DNA of 64,000 bases from Candidatus Obscuribacteraceae bacterium (GCA_044226015.1 JBGAHS010000002.1:96001-160000); one strand, 5' to 3'. Shown: positions 11,034 through 20,266, counted from the first letter of the stretch. The notes: generated from the letters alone by a model not told the origin. Translations and numbers: made by a program.

Positions 11034-11744
11034 ATGTTGAATCCGCCCCTCAGCGAAAATCCCGAAAACACTCATCAGGCTGTTCTTTTCTACCTGAAGC
11101 GTTGTAATGAAATGACTGTTGCTGATCTTTGCGAAGCGCTTGGGATAACGTCCATGGCGGTTCGCAGACACCTCTCCGGGCTTCAAAAGGACGGACTGGT
11201 GGACTGTCGGCTGGTCAAGCAGACAAAGGGACGACCAACATACAAGTTTCGTTTGACGGCTAAAGGTGAATCGCTATTTCCATCAGCGATAAACAATCTG
11301 GCATTCGAGCTGCTTGATGCTGTGTTCGAAAGCAAGGGCCACGCAGGAGTTATGGAACTCCTGCAGATCAGAAATGATGCTCTGGTTAAAAAAGTTTTGC
11401 CTCAATTAGAAAAACTGAGTTTGCCCGAGCGAGTCAAAGAAGTTGTAAAAATATTTTCAGAAAACGGCTACATGTCTGAGTTCGAGAAGCTTCCAGATGG
11501 GAATTTCTTTATCTATCAGAGGCACTGCGCAGTTCACAATCTCGCATCTCAGTACCGTCAAATTTGTGTTTTAGAGTCAAAATTGCTTGAGCGATTGCTT
11601 GGATTCAAAACAACAAGACAGAAATACATGATGAAGGACGACCCAGTTTGTGGCTACCTCGTTGATGCAAACGAAACTTTCGAACACAGCGCAGAAGTTC
11701 AAGATACAGCTGCCGAGCCACAACTAAGACTAGCAAAAGAATAG
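11034..11744 (+). CDS. sufR: SufR-family Fe-S-sensing transcriptional regulator
   Basis: N-terminal wHTH (MAVRRHLSGL...GRP) and C-terminal C-x12-C-x2-E...C; divergent from sufC. Confidence 0.88.
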   Translation: MLNPPLSENPENTHQAVLFYLKRCNEMTVADLCEALGITSMAVRRHLSGLQKDGLVDCRLVKQTKGRPTYKFRLTAKGESLFPSAINNLAFELLDAVFESKGHAGVMELLQIRNDALVKKVLPQLEKLSLPERVKEVVKIFSENGYMSEFEKLPDGNFFIYQRHCAVHNLASQYRQICVLESKLLERLLGFKTTRQKYMMKDDPVCGYLVDANETFEHSAEVQDTAAEPQLRLAKE

Positions 11745-11787
11745 ATTGACGGCGGATGCCCCCCCGTAAGCAGTGGATTCGGAAATC

Positions 11788-12264
11788 CTATTCTTCTATA
11801 GGAATGCAAATATCAATTTCGCCGTCGAGCATTTCTGGGTCAAAACGCTGATCGTACAACTCGAAATCAGGAGCATCGCGCAGTTTCAATTTGCCCGCAG
11901 AAGCCCATTCGCCCCAAATACGGTCGAGGGTTTCTGGGAGATTTCGAAGTGGTCCCTTATGCGTGAAGACGGCGTATTTCCCTGCCGCAAGTGTTGTTTC
12001 AACCATACCGTTTGGCAACGAATCAATCTTCTCAACAGGAAGTGCAGCGATATAGATGATAGAACCATCGTCTGCTGCTTCCAATATTGGATGCTTCTTG
12101 CAACAAATACCGAATGCAATGCCACTTTTTGAATGACCTATTTCAGTGGTTCGTTGCATGAACTTGTTCCAGAGCTTATTTATTGGAACAATGCTCTTGG
12201 GCTGAAATGCAGCCCCCATGCCGACAGTCTTTTGCTCAGGCAGCTCAATAATTTTTGGTTCCAT
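11788..12264 (-). CDS. GyrI-like small-molecule-binding (AraC effector-domain) protein
   Basis: MEPKIIELPE, GKYAVFTHKG, PDFELYD and IDICIPI pattern. Confidence 0.85.
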   Translation of the reverse strand: MEPKIIELPEQKTVGMGAAFQPKSIVPINKLWNKFMQRTTEIGHSKSGIAFGICCKKHPILEAADDGSIIYIAALPVEKIDSLPNGMVETTLAAGKYAVFTHKGPLRNLPETLDRIWGEWASAGKLKLRDAPDFELYDQRFDPEMLDGEIDICIPIEE

Positions 12265-12396
12265 ATTTCACGCTCCAGATTTGAACAGATCATATACAGC
12301 AAGTCGAATTCTGTCTCAATCTTGTTTGCTCATTTTTTTCACTCGCGCTAAGTCGTGAAAACCCCATTCAGATTGAGAAGAATCGAAAATTACGTC

Positions 12397-12425
12397 TTGC
12401 AAAGAACTGATTAAGTGCGCATAAT
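12397..12425 (+). promoter_or_regulatory. Candidate sigma70-type promoter
   Basis: TTGCAA (12397-12402), 17-bp spacer, CATAAT (12420-12425); points into a structured non-coding tract. Confidence 0.45.
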
Positions 12426-12431
12426 GTTTCT

Positions 12432-12630
12432 CGGTTAGCAAACCCCGTGTCCCGAAAGCCCTCAAGCAATTGAGTCTTGAGAGACATGGTTGTCCATGGC
12501 TTGTCCATGGCAAGTTTCTTGGTGCACCCGCGATCTTTCAGAAGTCTGGACAGATCGCGAGCTCCAGGGCGCCACCGCCCCTGGTGTCTTTGAGACACCC
12601 ATTTTCATAACCGCGTTTGCCAGTGGCAAC
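12432..12630 (+). ncRNA. Candidate structured ncRNA or 5' leader (unassigned)
   Basis: At least five hairpins, a possible closing helix CGGTTA/TAACCG, and G-U pairs favouring the + strand. No family recognised. Confidence 0.35.
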
Positions 12631-12881
12631 TGTTTCTCTCGGAGGCTGATTCAATGTGCCAATCAAAACTGAAATCATTCCTCGCCTTTCCAGAATTGTT
12701 TCAGCACATTTCCTATCGCAGAGAACGCGGCTTTTCCAACGGCTTGCCGAGCACAGCATCCTCGTGGGCTCGTCACTACAATACATTGCGAAGTGTTTGC
12801 GCGTTTGCACTCGTTTCGGAAAAGAAATTGAAAAACAATCAACAGGCTCCAGGGGCTACTGGTGCCAATACTCGACGAAAG

Positions 12882-14327
12882 CTAAATGCCTTTTTGCTGA
12901 CTGTAGCGCCCGCTAGACTTGAGCGGAATAGTCGAAAGTTTCACAAAATTTGCTGGTCCGCGGGCTGCAATTGGTAAGCCCCCGGTAATAATCATCGAAT
13001 CACCAGGTCCGACAAAACCTTGCTTTTGCAACGTGTCTTCAACGAGCGCTAAAGTTGCTTCAGAGTCACGAACCTCTGTCAGCATTATTGGTATCACTCC
13101 CCAACACAAGGCAATCTGCCTGTACACATGTTGATGTTGAGTCAAAGCGATGATTGGAGTTGGTGGTCTAAATTGAGATATCAATCTGGCGGTCGAACCA
13201 GTTTTGGTGAAAGCTGCAATTGCCTTTGCTTTCATATCTACAGCCATCGCACAAGCTGCGTGCGCTATCGCGTGAGCAGACGATGGAGTATGATGCTTGT
13301 GAAGAACATCGTAGTCAACACTGCCTTCAGCAGCGGTGGCAATACGCCCCATCATTTTGACTGACTCGATAGGATATTTCCCTGAAGCAGACTCACCAGA
13401 AAGCATGATTGCGTCGGTGCCATCAAAAATAGCATTCGCCACGTCGGAGGCTTCCGCTCGAGTCGGCCTGGGGTTCTCGATCATAGACTCCAGCATCTGA
13501 GTAGCCGTGATTACGGGCTTACCAATTGCATTAGCCTTTTTGGTAATCAGCTTTTGTGCAGCCGGAACTTTTTCTGGTGGCAACTCCACACCAAGGTCGC
13601 CTCTGGCGATCATGACACCATCGGCGGCATCAAGAATTTCATCAAGATGCTCAAGGGCTTCAGGTTTTTCCAGCTTCGCAATAATTGAAACTGGTGGCCA
13701 GTGATTGCCAATTAAGCGGCGCAGGTAGTGGACATCATCGGGGTCTCTCACGAATGAAAGAGCCACAAAATCGACTTCATTTCGCAAACCGAATTCAAGA
13801 TCAACCTTATCTTTTTCAGTTATGGCAGGAATAGATAGGCGAACCCCAGGAAGGTTGATGCCCTTCTTATTCTTTAGTATGCCACCATTTACTACTTCGC
13901 AGACCACATCTGTTTCGGTGGTGTCCAAAACCATCAGCTCAATTAGACCATCATCAAGCAAGATAGTGTCAGTGACTCGTACTTCAAGTGCCAGCTTCGT
14001 GTAGTTGGTGCTTACGCAATGCGCGTTGCCTTCAACTTTGCGACTGGTCAAAACAAACTTCTGCCCGGTAAAGAGCCTTACGGGAATTCCATCTTTCATC
14101 ATTCCCGTTCTGATTTTCGGACCAGAAAGATCAAGCAAGATCCCTACAGGCTTGCCAACATCATCTGAGATGCTGCGCAGATCTTCAATCACACGTTGCA
14201 CAGTTGCATGCTCAGCATGAGAGCAATTAATTCTGGCTATATCCATGCCAGCTTCAACAAGCAGTTCGAGCATATCCCGATCGTTAGTAGCTGGACCTAC
14301 TGTCGCGACAATTTTTGTTCGGCGCAT
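12882..14327 (-). CDS. pyk: Pyruvate kinase
   Basis: RRTKIVATVGPA, DLSGPKIRTG, IIAKLE, MIARGDLGVE, ATQMLESM and PTRAEASDVANA. Confidence 0.98.
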   Translation of the reverse strand: MRRTKIVATVGPATNDRDMLELLVEAGMDIARINCSHAEHATVQRVIEDLRSISDDVGKPVGILLDLSGPKIRTGMMKDGIPVRLFTGQKFVLTSRKVEGNAHCVSTNYTKLALEVRVTDTILLDDGLIELMVLDTTETDVVCEVVNGGILKNKKGINLPGVRLSIPAITEKDKVDLEFGLRNEVDFVALSFVRDPDDVHYLRRLIGNHWPPVSIIAKLEKPEALEHLDEILDAADGVMIARGDLGVELPPEKVPAAQKLITKKANAIGKPVITATQMLESMIENPRPTRAEASDVANAIFDGTDAIMLSGESASGKYPIESVKMMGRIATAAEGSVDYDVLHKHHTPSSAHAIAHAACAMAVDMKAKAIAAFTKTGSTARLISQFRPPTPIIALTQHQHVYRQIALCWGVIPIMLTEVRDSEATLALVEDTLQKQGFVGPGDSMIITGGLPIAARGPANFVKLSTIPLKSSGRYSQQKGI

Positions 14328-14336
14328 AAACCTGTC

Positions 14337-15992
14337 TTAGTTCACAGTTTGAGTTTCACGGTCTTGATAAAGCAAATTGTCCGGGTCTATGTCCGGGAAG
14401 CAGTTATCGATTTCCTCAATTTCTGCAACGCGCGCTTCATTGACCGAATTGTTCTTGATCATTTCCACGATTTCGTCGAAACGTTCGTGATGTTCGTTGA
14501 ATCGCTGCACAGCATACTGTTTCGCCTGACCGGTCGTGATCAAGAAGGGCCAGTCGCTAGACTGAAGCAGTACTAGTTCTCTGGCAGCTTGCTTGAGCGC
14601 ACGCTCTAGCGCACCACTTGCATGCGGATGCTGCTTGGCTAACCCTTCAAGTGCCTTCTCTGCATTATTGATGATCGGCCACATCCATTCAGTCTCGTTG
14701 TTGTACCAGACTTGATAATGTCCGCCAGCACCCCAGGAAGACTCGGGCAATTCAATAATTCTTGTAGGTTGATTTTGTTCAACGTACTCACCAGCAGTGC
14801 ACATATTTACTGCGGTATAGGTTTTCAGCTTCTTAATCACTTCTTTGATGAACGTAATGCCTTCAAACCACCAGTGCCCAAACAACTCAGTGTCGAAGCT
14901 AACCATTACCAGACCAGGTGTTCCGGTCTTTCGCAAATGTTCTGTTAATGAGTGCTGAACTAAACCAACATAATGGTCAGAATTCTCATGAATTCGTTCC
15001 AGAGCTACATCTGGATTATAGATTTCCTTGTAACCAAGGTCAGTATCTTTCGAAGTCAGCCGCCAATAGTGCAAACCAGAGCGGTCATCTTTCTTGTGGA
15101 ATTCACGGAAATTTCCGTCGCCAGGATAGCCAGCATCTGCGGACCAAACTTGATAGCCACATTCGTGGTGGCGTCCCATCACTGCGACGGGGTAATCCTT
15201 CAGCCAATAAGCTTCATACGTATCAAGCCCTGTTTCAGGTCTTGAAGCAGCTGGAATGTACTCAATATTTCCGTAAGCACCGAAAACGCGGCGCATTTCA
15301 TGGGTCTGACCGCCCTTGATTACATCAGACTCGGTGAAGAAATACTTCAAACCTGTTGCATGCAACCATTTATCTACACCAGCTCTTGAGTTTTGCGATG
15401 GACGATAAGCGCACTCAGGCAGCCAGCAACCTTTTGGATCTCTGTGGAACATGCGCTTGTACGCGTCCACACCGGTTTTGTACTGCAAATACAAAGAGGA
15501 GTCTGTTGCCAGCAATGGTGAGAAACAGTGGGTAGCAGCTGAAGTCGTGATTTCTACAGCACCGAGGTCCTGATACTTCTTGAAGCCACCGCAAATATCA
15601 CGGTTCCAAACATTCTGGAAATCGGAAAGAATTTTCTGAAACCAGTTCAAATAAAACTTCGCCAGTTGTAGGCGATTCATATCTGGTGTTTCGCCAAGAG
15701 GGTTATAACGCTCTTCGTCTTTTCTGGCAGCTTCAATGCGATCAGCCAACCACTTTTCAAAACCATTCTTAAGATAGCTGTCCGAGAGCTGCTCTCCGAG
15801 AATAGGGGTAATACCTATCGTTAGCTTCGCAAGGATTCCTTCGTCGTAAAGTTCAGCAATCATGTTGAGAAGTGGAATGTAGGTCTCTGCCATACATTCG
15901 TAAAGGCTCTCTTCTCCGAATGGCCACATACCCGCCTTGCGATAGAAGGGCAAATGGCTGTGTAGCATCAAAACGAAAGAACCTACGCTCAC
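14337..15992 (-). CDS. GH57-family 1,4-alpha-glucan branching enzyme (DUF1957 C-terminus)
   Basis: LHSHLP, nucleophile motif WLPECAY, acid/base motif DTELFGHWWFEG and QSSDWPF. Confidence 0.93.
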   Translation of the reverse strand: MSVGSFVLMLHSHLPFYRKAGMWPFGEESLYECMAETYIPLLNMIAELYDEGILAKLTIGITPILGEQLSDSYLKNGFEKWLADRIEAARKDEERYNPLGETPDMNRLQLAKFYLNWFQKILSDFQNVWNRDICGGFKKYQDLGAVEITTSAATHCFSPLLATDSSLYLQYKTGVDAYKRMFHRDPKGCWLPECAYRPSQNSRAGVDKWLHATGLKYFFTESDVIKGGQTHEMRRVFGAYGNIEYIPAASRPETGLDTYEAYWLKDYPVAVMGRHHECGYQVWSADAGYPGDGNFREFHKKDDRSGLHYWRLTSKDTDLGYKEIYNPDVALERIHENSDHYVGLVQHSLTEHLRKTGTPGLVMVSFDTELFGHWWFEGITFIKEVIKKLKTYTAVNMCTAGEYVEQNQPTRIIELPESSWGAGGHYQVWYNNETEWMWPIINNAEKALEGLAKQHPHASGALERALKQAARELVLLQSSDWPFLITTGQAKQYAVQRFNEHHERFDEIVEMIKNNSVNEARVAEIEEIDNCFPDIDPDNLLYQDRETQTVN

Positions 15993-16052
15993 AAACTCTC
16001 CTTCAATAGGCTTTCAACTGGGTTGAAGACCTTTGGGTATATTTAGTGAAAA

Positions 16053-16193
16053 GAAGAATCACCGAACAGCCAGCAGGCTTGGGTGGGGGACGCGGAGTCC
16101 GCACTTTGAGCAGCACGTGCTCACAAGTACTCGGACTATATCAAGTGGGATAATCAATTGCTATCCGCCTGGGGCAATCCGTAACTATTCTTC
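16053..16193. ncRNA. Candidate rod-shaped structured RNA (6S-like topology, unassigned)
   Basis: Nested pairings GAAGAAT/ATTCTTC, CAGGC/GCCTG, AGTCCG/CGGACT and TGAGCA/TGCTCA around a central bubble. Confidence 0.35.
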
Positions 16194-16244
16194 AGTAAGG
16201 GTGTGTGAAGATTTTGGCATAGAATTTTTTCAGAAGAGGTACGC

Positions 16245-16571
16245 ATGTCGTCAGAGCCCGAAAACGAATTTTCAGACCTGGAAGAAACCGATGAGAACTC
16301 GGTAGCTCCAGTGAGAATGCAATTCGATAGTGATAGCGCTAAGAAAGACAAAGACGCACTGGGGAAGGAAAACAAAGTAATCAGGCTACTAGAAAAGAAC
16401 CCCCTTGGCATGACCCTGCCCGAAATGGCTGGCGGACCAAGACAGGTTAAGAAGATAAAGACGCTTCGGCCGCTGTTAGCAGAGGCAATTCGGCTGGGGC
16501 TGGTGATGCCAACCAGTCAGCGAGCTGGCAATACTGTTTACAGGCTAGTCAAGAACCTGGGTCCACGTTGA
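16245..16571 (+). CDS. Hypothetical protein, possible C-terminal winged helix
   Basis: AGAGGT RBS upstream; acidic N-terminus; IRLLEKNPLGMTLPEMA...GLV...VYRL resembles a wHTH. Confidence 0.6.
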   Translation: MSSEPENEFSDLEETDENSVAPVRMQFDSDSAKKDKDALGKENKVIRLLEKNPLGMTLPEMAGGPRQVKKIKTLRPLLAEAIRLGLVMPTSQRAGNTVYRLVKNLGPR

Positions 16572-16602
16572 TCTAGCTGGCAAGAACCTGCGGTCAACAG
16601 AT

Positions 16603-16917
16603 TCACTCCAACAAATCGCCAAGTATCGCAAGCAACTTGGCTTCCAAGAGATTGACATCTCCCTGGAGAAATATTGTTTTTTTGCGTGAACTCTGACCCG
16701 AAATAATTTTTATTGAACTTTTGCTGAGCCCAAAAGTCTTTGCCAGAAAGGCGATGATTGCGCTGTTTGCAGCGCCCTCTTGTGCCTGTGCCGAGATGCG
16801 CAATTTCAAGGCTCCGTCATGGATTCCAGCAAAAGCGTCTTTTGATGCACCTGGCTGAGCATGAACGCTTATGCGCAAGCCATTTTCTTCTTTTTTGAAC
16901 AGAGTTGGCGGAAACAT
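16603..16917 (-). CDS. DUF167 / YggU (UPF0235) family protein
   Basis: VHAQPGAS, EGAANSAII and SGQSSRKK motifs. Confidence 0.88.
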   Translation of the reverse strand: MFPPTLFKKEENGLRISVHAQPGASKDAFAGIHDGALKLRISAQAQEGAANSAIIAFLAKTFGLSKSSIKIISGQSSRKKTIFLQGDVNLLEAKLLAILGDLLE

Positions 16918-16979
16918 GACACTAATAAAAATTCCAGCTTGTTCAGCTATTGCTAGAATTGACGTGAATTAAACGAGAG

Positions 16980-17864
16980 GTGCTTATTTTGACAGTAAGA
17001 ATCGCAGACATGGAGATTGGTGGCAAGAATTCTCCTTTATTTCTAATCGCAGGTCCGTGTGTGATTGAATCGTGGGACCAGATTTACTCCACAGCGTCCG
17101 CGCTAAAAGATATCTGCAAAGAATTCAAAATAAATTACGTTTTCAAAGCATCCTTCGACAAAGCAAATCGTACCTCGTTCAATTCTTTTAGAGGACCCGG
17201 TCTGGAAAAGGGACTGGAAATGCTTGCTGAAATAAAGTCAAAACTCGGAGTGCCAGTATTGTCCGACGTTCACGAAGTCGCCCAGTGCGCACCAGCCGGC
17301 AAAGTTCTAGACATTATTCAAATACCAGCATTTCTCTGCAGACAAACTGACCTGGTTTGCGAAGCCGCTAAAACCGGCAAAGCAATAAACATAAAGAAAG
17401 GACAGTTTGTTGCACCGCTAGACATGGCTCATAGCGTCAACAAAGTAATTGAATGCGGAAACAAGAACGTCACAGTAACAGAGCGTGGTACTACATTTGG
17501 TTACAACAATCTTGTTGTCGACTACCGAGCAATTCCAATGATACAAGCATCTGGTGTGCCGCTCATATTCGATGCGACACACAGCGTGCAACTGCCAAGT
17601 GCAGGCGGAGGAGTCTCTGGTGGTGACAGACGTTACATTCCTAATTTAACTCGCGCAGCACTGGCAGCTGGTGCAGATGGCTTGTTCATGGAAGTGCATC
17701 CAAATCCCGACGAAGCAAAGAGTGATGCCTCTACTCAGATTCCACTCTGGCAGATAAGAGATTTGCTAAGCCAGTGCGTTCAGGTTTATGATCTGGTAAA
17801 GAAGCTGCCTGAAGTCAGCCTTCCTGATAAAGGACAATGCAACCAACCAGCGCTAGCCAGGTAA
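16980..17864 (+). CDS. kdsA: 3-deoxy-8-phosphooctulonate (KDO8P) synthase
   Basis: IAGPCVIES, KASFDKANRTS, QIPAFLCRQTDL, KKGQF and DATHSVQ. The true start may be the TTG at 16989. Confidence 0.97.
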   Translation: MLILTVRIADMEIGGKNSPLFLIAGPCVIESWDQIYSTASALKDICKEFKINYVFKASFDKANRTSFNSFRGPGLEKGLEMLAEIKSKLGVPVLSDVHEVAQCAPAGKVLDIIQIPAFLCRQTDLVCEAAKTGKAINIKKGQFVAPLDMAHSVNKVIECGNKNVTVTERGTTFGYNNLVVDYRAIPMIQASGVPLIFDATHSVQLPSAGGGVSGGDRRYIPNLTRAALAAGADGLFMEVHPNPDEAKSDASTQIPLWQIRDLLSQCVQVYDLVKKLPEVSLPDKGQCNQPALAR

Positions 17865-20221
17865 TGCAATCGATTACGCCGAGAAAAACGAAAACAGCTG
17901 TTTCACGCTATCGAATGATAGCGATGTACACGGCTGCTTTTTTGTTCTGCCTACAAACTACAAAGTTGCTGCCAGCATTGAGTCAGGGTCAAGCAACGAG
18001 CACTAGCGCCGAACCAGCGACAAAGAGTTCTCAATCTGAACCTGAATTGGAAACGATAATAAACAAGGTGTTTCTTGCATACGGTGGCAAAGAAGCGTTT
18101 TCAAAATTGTCCAGCAATAGCCTTTCCACAGGTGCTCAAAAAATTCTGAAGGATAGCTCGGGTCAGACTAAGACTAATCGCTACAGATCTGTTCGCAAAG
18201 GTCATGGTCTCAGGCTTGACGTCGAGTCAGAAGCAGGCTGGACAAGCACCGTATATGATGGCTTGCGTGCCTGGCGCATGGAAAATAAGGTTGTTCGTGA
18301 CCTCACTCCTGACGAAACCTCATTGTTGTCGAAAGAAGCGGATCGCGAGCCGGAAGTGCTCACACACTTCGGCGAAAGCAACTACACCTTTGTTTTACGA
18401 GGCAGCACTCTATACAAAGCCATTCCGGTTTATGCCATAGAAGTGTCACGGTCGGGCAACCCACCGACCACAATTTTCATTGACAAGAAAAATTACCTGG
18501 TCACTGCTATCAGCTACAAAGCAGTCGATCTCGAAAGCAAAACAAGTGCCACCATCACTATCGACTATGAGGAATATAGACCCTCTGGCGGCACTTTGAT
18601 AAGTTTCAAGAGAGTTGAATCAGTAAATGACGTTCCAAATGTAGAAACTGAAATTCAAACAGTTGAGCTTGGAAGCGTTAACGATGACGATGCCTTTCGC
18701 CGCCCTGACAGGCCAGATGAAGTTCGGCTAGACAAGGCAGTCAGCATACCTGTGCAATACACCCATAAAGAGTTGTTGGTCAAAGCAAGAATCAATGACG
18801 GCGAACCGATGGATTTTCTTTTCGACACTGGCGCCAATCAGACGCTAATCGACCGACGCGTGGCAGCAGAGAACCTGTTAGATAAGCAAGCCCCTATGGG
18901 AATGACGGCGGCTGCCGGAATGGTCTTCGGACAATCCACAGATCTACGACGATTGCAATTTGGTGACATGTCTGTACCTAATGTGCAAGCCGTCATTGTT
19001 GATCTTTCAGCTCATGCCCGACAGCTGGGAAAACCCATCGCTGGCGTGATCGGCACAAATGTATTGAACAAATTTGCAGTAACAATAGACTATGGCAAAT
19101 CAACAGTTACCTTCCGGGATTTCGCATCCTACAGAGCTCCGGCGAATTCCAACATTCTTCCATTTGTTGAGAAGAAAGGTCCGGTCATCACAATTCAGCT
19201 GAACGGAAAAGAGAATATACAATGCCTGGTAGATACCGGTGCAGCATTCAACAATCTGCCACCAGCTATTGGCAGAAAATACCAGACAGGACAATCTGTT
19301 CACTACACAGAAGGCGTGGGCGCCGACGGGCGTTCAGTGAAGCTCGGCACGGTGCAATTGAGTTCAGTCAAAGCCGGCACCTCGCTCGTCAAAGATGTTA
19401 GCTTCACTTATTCCGCTGACTTTGAACCGGCTAAAAAGGGCATCGTCACCGGCTCCAATATTGGCATTTTGGGCAACCCGTTCTGGCAGAATTTTTGCGT
19501 CACCCTCGACTATCGAATGCGCCAGATAATTCTTCAAGCCAATCCGACACTCGCATCTCGGCAACAGCTCGAACAGCTCGTTAGCACTGGCGATTCGAAG
19601 CTGAATATCTATCGCGACTTCAGAGCCGCCGAACAGGCTTACCAGGCTGCTCTAAATAAAGTGCAGTTCCTCGGAGACCCGAAGCAGCAAGCCAGATTAT
19701 GGGGTCGACTCGGAAACCTGCGCCGCGTCATGGCGAAAGACCTCGGACGACCGGAGCAATCGCGCGTTGCGTATGAATATTTTTCAAAGGCACAAGATCT
19801 CGCTCATAAAATGGAAGACCGAGAAATAGAAGGCCGCATACTTGGAGATTGGGCGCTTTTGTATATGGATAACAACCAGATGCAAGAGGCACAGCAATCA
19901 CTTGAAGGAGCCGCAAGTTACGCGCCGCAAGACCCACAAGTGATGGTAGATTTCGCAGTATTCTTGAACAAGAGTCGACGATATGGCGAAATGCGCTACT
20001 ACATCGACAAAGCTTTGTTTATGGAACCAGCAAACTGGCAAGCGCTGTGGTATCGGCTCAAACTTTGCGAGACATTCAATGATATTGGCGCTCAGAAGGA
20101 CACCTTGAAGGAAATTTTGAAATATTATCCCTGGTCCAAACTCGCTCAAGACAAGTACACCGCCTTGACGGCTCCAACACCTCCGTCAGCTATTCCGCCG
20201 AATGATCAGGCACCGCGCTAA
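17864..20221 (+). CDS. Exported protein: LolA-like N-domain, two retropepsin-like aspartic protease domains, TPR tail
   Basis: N-terminal hydrophobic segment; AYGGKEAF...DYEEYR beta-rich domain; FLFDTGA...GVIGTN and CLVDTGA...GILGNP; helical repeats at the C-terminus. ATG overlaps the kdsA stop (TAATG). Confidence 0.8.
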   Translation: MQSITPRKTKTAVSRYRMIAMYTAAFLFCLQTTKLLPALSQGQATSTSAEPATKSSQSEPELETIINKVFLAYGGKEAFSKLSSNSLSTGAQKILKDSSGQTKTNRYRSVRKGHGLRLDVESEAGWTSTVYDGLRAWRMENKVVRDLTPDETSLLSKEADREPEVLTHFGESNYTFVLRGSTLYKAIPVYAIEVSRSGNPPTTIFIDKKNYLVTAISYKAVDLESKTSATITIDYEEYRPSGGTLISFKRVESVNDVPNVETEIQTVELGSVNDDDAFRRPDRPDEVRLDKAVSIPVQYTHKELLVKARINDGEPMDFLFDTGANQTLIDRRVAAENLLDKQAPMGMTAAAGMVFGQSTDLRRLQFGDMSVPNVQAVIVDLSAHARQLGKPIAGVIGTNVLNKFAVTIDYGKSTVTFRDFASYRAPANSNILPFVEKKGPVITIQLNGKENIQCLVDTGAAFNNLPPAIGRKYQTGQSVHYTEGVGADGRSVKLGTVQLSSVKAGTSLVKDVSFTYSADFEPAKKGIVTGSNIGILGNPFWQNFCVTLDYRMRQIILQANPTLASRQQLEQLVSTGDSKLNIYRDFRAAEQAYQAALNKVQFLGDPKQQARLWGRLGNLRRVMAKDLGRPEQSRVAYEYFSKAQDLAHKMEDREIEGRILGDWALLYMDNNQMQEAQQSLEGAASYAPQDPQVMVDFAVFLNKSRRYGEMRYYIDKALFMEPANWQALWYRLKLCETFNDIGAQKDTLKEILKYYPWSKLAQDKYTALTAPTPPSAIPPNDQAPR

Positions 20222-20266
20222 GTGGATTAGCAAAAATTGGGAATATACCGACTGGGTGGAAGATTG

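Noticed and set aside
12590..12640. GCCACTG on the minus strand suggesting a cobalamin riboswitch
   Set aside because: The other core elements (GGGAA, B12 box) are absent.
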